From Candidatus Brocadiia bacterium JP1 (GTDB taxonomy: Bacteria > Planctomycetota > Brocadiia > Brocadiales > Bathyanammoxibiaceae), in assembly GCA_051388875.1 (NCBI GenBank), contig JBMFFR010000008.1, positions 35,830 through 99,829 of the forward strand: DNA of 64,000 bases. Direction: 5' to 3'. The notes beneath the pieces are model-generated. The model made no database searches, had not been told where the DNA came from, and saw nothing but the letters and a program-made list of their open reading frames with translations. Position numbers and translations under genes: made by a program. Shown piece by piece: positions 42,408 to 50,663 of this stretch. Numbering within the stretch: position 1 is the stretch's first letter; each line of letters starts with the position of its first letter.

Positions 42408-43178
42408 TTGCAGGATGAGGTGATTGGCGTTCTTGGTATCGGTAGCAAACGTGTAGCAGGAGTTGGTGTGGAAAATATCCCACTTGTAGAGGCAGTTTGT
42501 AACCAGTTGGCCGTAGCCTTTTCACATATCAGGCTAATCCAAAGGCTAAGAAACTCTTTGTTTGATACAGTAAAGTGTCTGGGTGAGGTTATAGATGCGA
42601 AGTCTCCCTGGACTAAGGGCCACAGTGAAAGGGTAGCTGAATTTGCCGTTGCTATAGCTAAAGAACTTGGCCTAAAAGAGGAAGGGATGGAGCGTTTTGC
42701 ACCGATTCTTACCGAGGAAAAAGAATCCGGTTTAGGAGAGACTGACGTAGAGTTAGTACGGATAGCCGCCCTACTCCACGATATAGGGAAGATAGCAGTT
42801 CCCGACGGTATTCTGGATAAGCCTGGGAAGCTAACACCGGAGGAGTGGGCCTCGGTAAGAGAACATTGTGCCAAAGGTGCACAAATAATCAGCCCGATAA
42901 ATGGATTTAAGGAGTTAATCCCACCGATACTTTATCATCATGAACATTACGATGGGCGAGGTTATCCTGAAGGTAAAAAAGGTGAAGAAATACCCCTCTA
43001 TACTAGGATTATTGCCGTGGCTGATGCCATAGAGGCTATGCACAGTGAGAGGTCCTACAGACAGGCCCTGTCCATTGAGGAGATTGGTCGGGAGTTAAAG
43101 GAGAACTCAGGTAGTCAATTTTGCCCCAGGGTAGTAGAGGCCGCATTAAGGGTGCTTGAAGGACAGACCAAAGTGTGA
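42408..43178 (+). CDS. GAF (C-terminal part) + HD-GYP phosphodiesterase domain
   Basis: LLHDIGKIAVPD and HHEHYDGRGYPEG motifs. This frame is actually open from 42195 and encodes the missing half of the GAF domain upstream of the listed TTG start. Confidence 0.75.
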   Translation: MQDEVIGVLGIGSKRVAGVGVENIPLVEAVCNQLAVAFSHIRLIQRLRNSLFDTVKCLGEVIDAKSPWTKGHSERVAEFAVAIAKELGLKEEGMERFAPILTEEKESGLGETDVELVRIAALLHDIGKIAVPDGILDKPGKLTPEEWASVREHCAKGAQIISPINGFKELIPPILYHHEHYDGRGYPEGKKGEEIPLYTRIIAVADAIEAMHSERSYRQALSIEEIGRELKENSGSQFCPRVVEAALRVLEGQTKV

Positions 43179-43423
43179 GGGGCACAAGCAGATTTTACGG
43201 TATTTTGCCTTCTTAAGCGAATTTCACTCCATAAGAATGGTAGCTGTGCCGGGGTTTTTCAGAGGTCACAATCTACATCTCAAATGAGATTCTGTCCGGT
43301 CTTAAGCGAACTGCATTCCTTCAAAATGACATCTGATGCATCTTCTGGCGTTCTCAAAATCACATAAAATGAAATTAGAAATATAAGTTGTCAAAATTTA
43401 TGATTTAAAATCTATACCCTGAG

Positions 43424-44431
43424 ATGGTCATCCTTGCGCTAACTGGCGACGTCATGCTGGGTAGGAACATGAATCTTGCAATTCAGAGGTACGGGGCCTC
43501 CTATCCATGGGGCGACGTGCTTGATATCACGAAGCAGGCTGACTTGAGGTTGATAAATCTGGAGTGTTGCATAACTTCCCATACCATCACAACAACGGTA
43601 CCCAAGGTCTTTCATTTTCGCTGTGAGCCTGAGAATATTGAGGTACTCAAAACTGCCAGCATAGATTTTGTTTCCCTGGCAAACAACCATTCGCTGGATT
43701 TTGGGGAGGAAGGGCTATTAGAGACGATTGAACTATTAGACCATAATGGTATTTCTCATGCTGGCGCCGGTAAAGACATCGTGGAGGCAAGTAGACCTGT
43801 GTTCCTTCAAAAAGGGGGGATGAGATTAGGTGTCGTGTCCTTTACAGATAATGAACCCGAATGGAAAGCCACTGAGAACAGTCCCGGTATAAACTACATC
43901 CCAATAATTCTTGAAGAAACGTGCCTTTCAAAGGTGGAAAAAGTTCTACGTATGGCACGAGACGGAAGTGACTTCGTTATAGCCTCTTTCCATTGGGGGC
44001 CAAATATGGTCCGTTATCCCTCCAGGGATTTCATGGACTTTGCCCATGCCGTTTTAGACCTTGGCTGTGACCTTTTCTGGGGTCACTCCGCCCATCTTTT
44101 CCAGCCAATAGAGGTTTATAGAGAAAAGCTAATTCTATACGATACTGGCGATTTTATAGACGATTACGCGGTGCACCCCACAGAGTATAATAATGAATCA
44201 TTTCTCTTCCTTGTAGATATAGATAATGGCAAGGCAACATCCCTAAGGTTAGTCCCCACCGTAATAAACCACTGCCAGGTAAAACTCGCCCGAGGTAAAG
44301 ATGCCCAGAGGGTCTGCGATAAAATGCAGCAGATTTCTAAAGATTTTTTCGGAACGATGCTAGAATTAAAGAATGATACCCTTGCACTCAACCTCACCCA
44401 CTACACAACAAGAGAAAACCTGTCAAAATAG
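43424..44431 (+). CDS. CapA/PGA_cap-family metallophosphatase-like protein
   Basis: 335 aa. LTGDVMLGR, NLECCITS, SLANNHSLDFG, ASFHWGPN. Confidence 0.8.
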   Translation: MVILALTGDVMLGRNMNLAIQRYGASYPWGDVLDITKQADLRLINLECCITSHTITTTVPKVFHFRCEPENIEVLKTASIDFVSLANNHSLDFGEEGLLETIELLDHNGISHAGAGKDIVEASRPVFLQKGGMRLGVVSFTDNEPEWKATENSPGINYIPIILEETCLSKVEKVLRMARDGSDFVIASFHWGPNMVRYPSRDFMDFAHAVLDLGCDLFWGHSAHLFQPIEVYREKLILYDTGDFIDDYAVHPTEYNNESFLFLVDIDNGKATSLRLVPTVINHCQVKLARGKDAQRVCDKMQQISKDFFGTMLELKNDTLALNLTHYTTRENLSK

Positions 44432-44622
44432 AGTATTTTAAAAGAGGAAACGTAATTTAGAAACCTTCATGATTGGGTTTTTATTTGTCATAGTGACATT
44501 CCGAAATATGGCGACCTTTGTGAGAGGTGAAGTGCAATGATTAATAACAGGGAGGGGTACAGGATTGGTTTATTTTGAGGAAGTAGGCCACTTAATTTTT
44601 TGTTGAATTTACTAACAAGTGG

Positions 44623-44664
44623 TGGGCGCTGGTGGATTCGAACCACCGACCCCTTGCTTGTGAA
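44623..44664. repeat. attL: duplicated 3' portion of tRNA-Val
   Basis: TGGGCGCTGGTGGATTCGAACCACCGACCCCTTGCTTGTGAA, identical to 50622-50663. The sequence diverges immediately after (AACGG vs GCAAG). Confidence 0.9.
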
Positions 44665-44959
44665 ACGGCTTCTTAACTCTACAAGTTTTCATGCCTGGTT
44701 TCAAGTGGCTTATTTTACTTAGACTTATAGAGTACATATATGTTTTTATTTTGCTCTATTTTGTCCTGTTTACTTCACAATTACTTCACAGTGGAAAAAC
44801 ATGGGTGTTTCACCCTCACCCTACTGGGAGAGTATGGGGTAGACCTGATACAGATAGCCCGGGTAGAGCCAAATTTTTACCCCTAGAAAAGTGCTAGCTC
44901 TTTTCTGATGCAAGGAAAAGACTGTTGAAATGTTAACCATGTTCCCTCTGAAAACCACC

Positions 44960-45208
44960 CAGAAAGGTCATAGCGGTCGGCCTCAGAAAGTGCAAGAATC
45001 CTCTCTCTACCAACCAGTTTATTCCTCAAAGGGTAGACCAACGCTTCTGTTAGGAAGATGTGGAATTTTATCAGCTATTGTCGTATACTGATGATGTGGA
45101 TCTAAATGAAAAGCTTCCCGAGTGGGAGCACTATTATAATTTCTAAAGACAGCAAGGGGTTTATCTTGTAAAGCTTCTTATGAGGCACTTCGTGAGCGCC
45201 TAAAATAA
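44960..45208 (+). pseudogene. degraded C-terminal remnant of a DDE (rve-type) IS transposase
   Basis: Reads ..PQRVDQRFC*EDVEFYQLLSYTDDVDLNEKLPEWEHYYNF*. After a frame change it reads ..ASYEALRERLK*. This resembles the ..GKVERF..EFY....W..YN..RPH..L.GKTP.E tail of IS481/IS3-type transposases, with stops and at least one frameshift. The left boundary is approximate. Confidence 0.45.
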
Positions 45209-45340
45209 TAGCTAGCAATGTCAATAGAGGTCTAGACTATCACAAGTTTCTCCCAATTCCTGATTCAGCCAGTCATAACTGCAGTTGGCCAAGTTTCCGG
45301 TCCTTTTCTCTTTCTTGACAGTTTTAACTGGGCAATAAGC

Positions 45341-45745
45341 TCAAATGTAGCCTTTTTCCTCAAGATAAGTCCTTATCTTATCTGACACCTCTTTTACCTC
45401 CTTTTTGGCTTCCAAAAAATCCTCTTTTGTAAAAATATAGACCGGGTTATAGTCTGCCTCTTCCCTGTACTTCATAAGCTTTGAAAAGATGTGGGAGTCC
45501 TTTGGTTGAAAAATACCCTCCTTAACGAAGTGAAGCCCAAAGAGTCTGAGTGCCCCTTCATGGCTTTTAGGCTCAAGCCCCTTCGTCAGGAGTAAGGCTC
45601 TAATAGAGTAAAGTAGTGAATAATAAAGCCTCGCTACAGCACCTGAGATGAAATTATTGCTGTAAAGTAGTTCTGCCTCTGATAACCTTTCTGAGGCCCC
45701 GGTGAGTTCAATCTCAATATTTTCCCTCTTATTTTCCTCTATCAT
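45341..45745 (-). CDS. HEPN-domain protein (putative toxin of a HEPN/MNT pair)
   Basis: 134 aa, helical, with the conserved ..KYREEADYNP region. 4-nt overlap with the upstream nucleotidyltransferase gene. Confidence 0.8.
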   Translation of the reverse strand: MIEENKRENIEIELTGASERLSEAELLYSNNFISGAVARLYYSLLYSIRALLLTKGLEPKSHEGALRLFGLHFVKEGIFQPKDSHIFSKLMKYREEADYNPVYIFTKEDFLEAKKEVKEVSDKIRTYLEEKGYI

Positions 45746-46074
45746 ACGGGTATGCCTTCTGATTCTATATCAAGAGCTATCCGCCTCTCCCTCTCTTTAA
45801 GAAACTCAAAGTCCTCATCAGAAATTACCCATGCCGACAGGGGCGTAAGATACTCTATTTCTATGTCGGCAATCATATCAAGTATCTGATTCTTAAGTTC
45901 CCTTGTAAGGCCTGCCACAAGGATTGCCACGTCTATATCAGACTCCTCCTCATAGTCGCCCCTTGCCCTTGACCCGAATAGGATTGCCCTTACCTTGCGC
46001 TTACCTGTAATTTTCCGAAGGTTATCTTTTAGCTCCAGTAAAATCTTTTTTAGCTCAGCTTCGTCTTTAATCAC
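45742..46074 (-). CDS. minimal nucleotidyltransferase (MNT, putative antitoxin)
   Basis: 110 aa. GSRARGDYEEESDIDVAIL (GS-x9-D-x-D pol-beta NTase motif). Confidence 0.85.
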   Translation of the reverse strand: MIKDEAELKKILLELKDNLRKITGKRKVRAILFGSRARGDYEEESDIDVAILVAGLTRELKNQILDMIADIEIEYLTPLSAWVISDEDFEFLKERERRIALDIESEGIPV

Positions 46075-46280
46075 AACTAGACCTCTACCTCAGTCTAACC
46101 CCCAAAAGTAGCTTTATTTTAACAGAATTAATCCTTATTTAACAGCCATTGCCTGCAAAATTGTAAGGAGAGTAGGGCCTGAAAAAGGATTCTGGAGAGA
46201 GTTTGTTTCAGTCCCTACCGGTAGGGATGTCCTTTCGGACTCTTGGCTTTTTAAGCCATTGTTACCAAAGAACTTGCATT

Positions 46281-46344
46281 CAAAAAATTCAGAACCTCCT
46301 CCAGATTTGCCCATTTTTGGCCATTTTAAGGGGAGGTTCTGAAT
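46281..46344 (-). terminator. putative rho-independent terminator (minus strand)
   Basis: 13-bp perfect inverted repeat ATTCAGAACCTCC (46287-46299) / GGAGGTTCTGAAT (46332-46344). On the minus strand it is followed by TTTTTG. It lies 30 nt past the stop of ORF 46374..46685. The 32-nt loop is long. Confidence 0.45.
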
Positions 46345-46373
46345 GAATTTTCAAAATTAGCCCAAATCATTCT

Positions 46374-46685
46374 CTATAGACCTCGGCAAAGGCGGGTACA
46401 AGTAACATTAGCTTTACCACTTTTCATACCTTCTCCAAAGCATTCCATAACTGATGTGGGAACGTATTTACACAAGTCGGTGTTTGCCACAACATCATAA
46501 TGAAGTTTAAACGATAACGGCATGCCGGGTGGCTCGGGCTGGGGTCCACCGAGAAAGGGCTCAATTGGTTCCGCTGCCCTTGACGTGCTTGCTTCTCCCA
46601 AGAACTCCTCAATATTGATATTTATCACGATAGCAGGGATTGCAAGAGCCAAGAACATTGTAATCACTTGACGGTTCTTTTTCAT
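46374..46685 (-). CDS. small exported/membrane-anchored Cys-containing protein, unknown function
   Basis: 103 aa. N-terminal MKKNRQ + hydrophobic VITMFLALAIPAIVI. Pro-rich linker and 4 Cys in the C-terminal part. The start overlaps the upstream ORF stop (ATGA). Confidence 0.55.
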   Translation of the reverse strand: MKKNRQVITMFLALAIPAIVININIEEFLGEASTSRAAEPIEPFLGGPQPEPPGMPLSFKLHYDVVANTDLCKYVPTSVMECFGEGMKSGKANVTCTRLCRGL

Positions 46686-46873
46686 AATTGCCTCCGTTTT
46701 CTTGTGGTACAGCCTAGGGGCCTGTTCCTACGTTTCCTTTCAGTTCCCTCTTCATAGGGAGTGATGATGCAACACCATATTGTCTCTCCCTGTGAGACAC
46801 ACCCCGGTAGGGCTGGGACATATACCGTGTATCCCCCTTCCTCTTGCGGTTCTAAGATAACCTTATATCTCAT
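46682..46873 (-). CDS. HicB-like (UPF0150) antitoxin-fold protein with a divergent or disrupted C-terminus
   Basis: The first 31 aa, MRYKVILEPQEEGGYTVYVPALPGCVSQGET, match the HicB N-terminal pattern. The remaining 32 aa (WCCIITPYEEGTERKRRN..) do not. No hicA is nearby. Confidence 0.5.
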   Translation of the reverse strand: MRYKVILEPQEEGGYTVYVPALPGCVSQGETIWCCIITPYEEGTERKRRNRPLGCTTRKRRQL

Positions 46874-46923
46874 TTTTAAATCTCCTCTTTAAAGATTTGA
46901 ATTATTCCAATGGTAGTTAGAGT

Positions 46924-47262
46924 CTATATTAATTGTTTACAGTCTGAATGAATAAAACTACCATCCCGATTGATTAATTTAGAGAGCAGGGCTTTATCCT
47001 CTGGGTTATTTAGATTCCATTGGAGAGCCTTACCATAATACTTACACGTTCCGAGCTCCACCACCCTTATCTCCTCAACCACACCCTCAAGGTTACTCAC
47101 TAGCCTCTTGATAACCTGACCCCAGCTTTCACCCTCACCTTTAATCTTTTCCAGCGTCTCCTTCAAGGACTTATTAAGTGTTACGCTAATAGTGGAGTTT
47201 GCCTCACGGTAACGGTAGAAGGATGGAGGGTATTTTCGCTCATGGTCTGTATTTTTAATCAT
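46924..47262 (-). CDS. putative ribbon-helix-helix DNA-binding protein with a C-terminal Cys/His region
   Basis: 112 aa. STISVTLNKSLKETLEKIKGEGESWGQVIKRLV fits a strand-helix-helix pattern. The C-terminal part is CKYYG...HSDC. First gene of a minus-strand operon facing a divergent AT-rich promoter region. Confidence 0.45.
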   Translation of the reverse strand: MIKNTDHERKYPPSFYRYREANSTISVTLNKSLKETLEKIKGEGESWGQVIKRLVSNLEGVVEEIRVVELGTCKYYGKALQWNLNNPEDKALLSKLINRDGSFIHSDCKQLI

Positions 47263-47577
47263 GTAGTCTCACCTATAACTTAGCATACCCATTGAGATAT
47301 AATTTACCATATTACTTAACATATGCCTTTGCATATAACTTAGGATATAAATTATCATAGTCAAAAATCAATTTCTAGGGGAAAAATGTATACATATTTT
47401 AAAGGCATATATGGGACAAAATTGGTAATTTTCAGAGTCAAGCACGCACACTATGGACTTTAAAGGGCTAAGGAGTAAAATGAGTAGAATATAAACTAGG
47501 GAGACGTCCTGAAAAGTGGCAATCTCCACCACCTGCCCCACCCTTTCCTTTTGGAGGACTACAAGGAGAAGTAGTAG

Positions 47578-48630
47578 ATGTTTGAATCTGAGTTAGAATC
47601 TATAAGGGCCTTTTCTGAGGCTTGGAAGAGCTATTACAACCTCACCTCCAGTGTGTTTGTGTCCTTCAATAAAATAATACCTAACGTCCGTACCTTACCC
47701 CGTTACATAGAATTCCTACTTACCTCTGCCAAAGAAAGTGATTTCTTCATAACGTTAGAGCTACAAGATAAATTAGATAACGGTGTACTGCGTAATAGCC
47801 TTGGCCCACCCTTTACTTGGAAAACAAAAGAAGAAGCCAAAAAAGAACTATCGGAAATTGTACGCAATGCTGATAAGCAGAAGGACGACGAGATAACAGA
47901 GGAGGCAAAGAGATTTGACAACGAGCTAAGAGGAGTAATAGAAAAAATGGATGCATACTGGCCTTCTGTAAGGAAAACTCTAAAACGTTTGGAGCATTAT
48001 CATGAAGATGAAAAAAGGGGTTTTCTTATAGTAACTAGGGGCAGATACGAAGGTATTATTCCCCTTACGGAAACTCACGGCAACCCAAGGTTGGCTGGGA
48101 TATTTTCAATACAGACTAAACCAGGCAACACTGTGAATAATACAGAGAGGATAAGTGATTACCTTCAGTGTTATGTTGTGAGCAGGTCACCTCTGGCCGG
48201 TAGCCCAACCACTATACTGAAGCAACAATATGAGGATATGGAGATTCTTTTAGAGGAGGCAAAAAAGAAATTAGGGACCTTCAGGGCTGGGGAAGAGAGG
48301 AAAAAAGACCGTAGTTATCATTGGGAGCTTAAAGATGGGAATGTATATTGTGAAGGCAAAGGCCCTGTGAAGTTACCACCCAAGCTTGAAGAGCTTTTCA
48401 ACTATTTCTTCTCAAGAAGAAACAGGCGAATCAGCATAGAGAAAATTGTGAAAGACCTTAATATAACAGTGGCATATAAGCGTGCACTCAAAGATAGAAT
48501 TAACAAACTCATATCTGCATTGGACAGCGAACATAAAATCCTAGGGTTAGAGAAAGGAGAGGTAAGGAACTGTTTTAAGAAAGAGAAAAAGGGTAAGGAG
48601 TTAATCACCGTCATTTTCTACGCCGTTTGA
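47578..48630 (+). CDS. hypothetical protein, possible C-terminal winged-helix DNA-binding domain
   Basis: 350 aa. SD AAGGAG upstream. No catalytic motif recognised. Residues ~270-320 (LPPKLEELFNYFFSRRNRRISIEKIVKDL...KRALKDRINKLISAL) resemble the OmpR/PhoB-type wHTH pattern. Confidence 0.55.
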   Translation: MFESELESIRAFSEAWKSYYNLTSSVFVSFNKIIPNVRTLPRYIEFLLTSAKESDFFITLELQDKLDNGVLRNSLGPPFTWKTKEEAKKELSEIVRNADKQKDDEITEEAKRFDNELRGVIEKMDAYWPSVRKTLKRLEHYHEDEKRGFLIVTRGRYEGIIPLTETHGNPRLAGIFSIQTKPGNTVNNTERISDYLQCYVVSRSPLAGSPTTILKQQYEDMEILLEEAKKKLGTFRAGEERKKDRSYHWELKDGNVYCEGKGPVKLPPKLEELFNYFFSRRNRRISIEKIVKDLNITVAYKRALKDRINKLISALDSEHKILGLEKGEVRNCFKKEKKGKELITVIFYAV

Positions 48631-48813
48631 TTCTTCGCCTCAAATCACCTTGTATCATCTCACGAGGTTTTTTATCGCACCAAGTTTACCAAAACAGCCC
48701 TACAATTTCCTTTAAACCAATTCTAGATTTTCACCTCACATCACCTTATGAGGTAGGCTTTTCTTTTTTCTCAGATGTCTTATAAAATTCAAATGAGAAG
48801 GGAGGTGATACCA

Positions 48814-48975
48814 ATGACCGTCAAAAGATTATTTAACGGCCTCTGGGAGTGCGAATGCGGTGAACGCTACGACCTTCAAGACGCAACTGAGGACCAGCTA
48901 ACCTGCGAGGTCTATGGTGAAGACTTAGAACCAGTGGAGGATGATGTAGAAGAAGAGGAGTCAGATGAAGATTAG
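48814..48975 (+). CDS. small highly acidic protein with a CxC...C motif
   Basis: 53 aa from ATG 48814, preceded by SD GGGAGGTG (the track ORF starts at 48775). MTVKRLFNGLWECECGERYD.. with tail EPVEDDVEEEESDED. Confidence 0.45.
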   Translation: MTVKRLFNGLWECECGERYDLQDATEDQLTCEVYGEDLEPVEDDVEEEESDED

Positions 48976-49197
48976 ACTTTGATTAGACTTTAAAAAGTAA
49001 GGCCCCGGAGCGACGGCCTTACCATTACAGAACATAAACTTTAAGGAGGACGCCTTCCCAAAAGCACGCTGGAAAGGCCAGTGTGGGCAACGTGTTCTGG
49101 CCGTTCATGACCCATGACCCGAAGCACCCCAGGTGTGCTTTGGGGAAGTAAAAATGGCCTAGGGGTGCGGGGGCGAAGCCCCTGCTAGGTGTGATGT

Positions 49198-49524
49198 ATG
49201 AGACTGGACTTTGAAGATAGTGAGTTAGAAAAGTTAGCAGACACTCTGGCACTAAAGGTGGTAGAGAAGTTAAGGCCACTCTTACAAGCTAAGGATAAAG
49301 GCCGGGAAGGAGACACTATCTTCACAGTAGAGACTCTTGCCCAATATCTGGGCGTTAAGAAAACATGGGTTTATGAAAAGGTACATCGCAAGGAAATACC
49401 TCACTTTAAAGTTGGTAAATTCCCAAGATTCAGAAAGGCCGATATTGACGCCTGGCTACAGGATTCCTACACTCCTGGCATTAATGGTATCTTAAATCAC
49501 TTTAGAGGAGGGGTGGTGAAATGA
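49198..49524 (+). CDS. xis: excisionase-family HTH DNA-binding protein
   Basis: 108 aa. FTVETLAQYLGVKKTWVYEKVHRKEIPHFKVGKFPRFRKADIDAWL. 4-nt overlap with int. Confidence 0.8.
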   Translation: MRLDFEDSELEKLADTLALKVVEKLRPLLQAKDKGREGDTIFTVETLAQYLGVKKTWVYEKVHRKEIPHFKVGKFPRFRKADIDAWLQDSYTPGINGILNHFRGGVVK

Positions 49525-50615
49525 AGAAACTTAGAGGACTTTACAGAAGGGGTAACGTGTGGTGGGTAGTGTACACTCTGCCAGATGGTAAGACGGTAAG
49601 GGAGTCTGCAAAGACCTCTAACATCAAACAGGCAGAGGCTCTTTTGCTGAAGCGTAAGGGAGAGGTACGAGACGGCAAAAATCCCATAAGGACTACTAAA
49701 AATTATACCTTCCAAGAGCTAGCAAGGGAGTATGCTACATGGGCAACCCACCAAATATTCTTTAGAACCAAGAGGTACTTTATCAAGCAATTAGTTGAAA
49801 GGTTCGGTAATCTTCCTTTAAACTCCTTTAAGGCCCTGCTGATAGGAAAATACCAAGCAGGGGCTCTTAAAGAAGTCAAGCCTGCTACGGTAAACCGCCG
49901 TTTATCCTGCCTCAAGCATATGTTTAAAAAAGCTTGTGATTGGGAATGGGTAAGTGAGGATGTCTTAAAGAGGGTAAGGGCTGTTAAGCTCCTCAAAGAA
50001 CCACCTGGAAGATTAAGATATTTATACCAAGAAGAAATTTATACGCTTATTGAAGCCTGTGCACCACACTTGAAGCCTATTGTAATTATGGGTGTCTATA
50101 CAGGCATGAGACTAGGGGAAATCCTGAGCCTTAAATGGGAGCAGGTAGACCTAAGGCACGGTTTTATCCTTCTGGATGTAACAAAGAATGGGGAGCGTAG
50201 GGAGATACCTATTAACGCAACCCTGAAAGCTACGCTTGAGGCTATCCCTTATGGCCCAGAAAGTCTTTGCGTGTTTGCCAATAAGGATGATAACCCGTAT
50301 CAGAGGGTCAAGAGGTCTTTTGTTACAGCTTGTAAGAGAGCAGGTATAACGGATTTCAGATTCCATGATTTAAGGCATACCTTTGCAAGTCATCTAGTAA
50401 TGGCAGGCGTAGACATTACCACAGTGAAAGAGTTGCTGGGCCACAAGACCCTTACCATGACTCTCAGGTACTCTCACTTAGCACCAAGCCACAAGGTAAA
50501 GGCTGTGAGAATCCTGGAAGAACGCCTGGAAGTGGGTAAAAAACAACAGTGTACTTCACAATTACTTCGCAATTTTGGGGGTGATGGAAAGTATGCTAGT
50601 CGTAAGTCCTTGTAA
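49521..50615 (+). CDS. int: tyrosine recombinase / phage-type integrase
   Basis: 364 aa. GMRLGE, HDLRHTFAS, LGHKTLTMTLRYSHL (R..HxxR..Y catalytic set). Ends 6 nt from the tRNA-Val 3' end. Confidence 0.93.
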   Translation: MKKLRGLYRRGNVWWVVYTLPDGKTVRESAKTSNIKQAEALLLKRKGEVRDGKNPIRTTKNYTFQELAREYATWATHQIFFRTKRYFIKQLVERFGNLPLNSFKALLIGKYQAGALKEVKPATVNRRLSCLKHMFKKACDWEWVSEDVLKRVRAVKLLKEPPGRLRYLYQEEIYTLIEACAPHLKPIVIMGVYTGMRLGEILSLKWEQVDLRHGFILLDVTKNGERREIPINATLKATLEAIPYGPESLCVFANKDDNPYQRVKRSFVTACKRAGITDFRFHDLRHTFASHLVMAGVDITTVKELLGHKTLTMTLRYSHLAPSHKVKAVRILEERLEVGKKQQCTSQLLRNFGGDGKYASRKSL

Positions 50616-50621
50616 AATAAA

Positions 50622-50663
50622 TGGGCGCTGGTGGATTCGAACCACCGACCCCTTGCTTGTGAA
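50622..50663. repeat. attR: core repeat inside the intact tRNA-Val
   Basis: Identical 42-mer to 44623-44664. Confidence 0.9.

Larger units (their letters stand above)
44623..50663. mobile_element. integrative genomic island at tRNA-Val(CAC)
   Basis: Perfect 42-bp direct repeats at both ends. Tyrosine integrase and excisionase genes lie next to the intact tRNA. Cargo comprises TA-like genes, an IS remnant and unknown genes. Confidence 0.85.

Noticed and set aside
44691-44897. 68-aa plus-strand ORF just inside attL
   Set aside because: It has no SD and an odd composition, and it spans the putative arm-type repeats. It is more likely non-coding att-arm DNA.
48998-49023. Hairpin AAGGCC-CCGGAGCGAC-GGCCTT sharing the 12-mer CCGGAGCGACGG with a hairpin at 55023-55046
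   Set aside because: By a rough count, roughly a hundred to a few hundred 12-mer matches are expected by chance in 64 kb. The stems differ and no U-tract follows. I do not consider it a repeat family without genome-wide counts.
49025-49279. 84-aa minus-strand ORF between the acidic ORF and xis
   Set aside because: It is antisense to the xis start and to a GC-rich spacer containing a GGGGC-GAA-GCCCC hairpin. There is no coding evidence.
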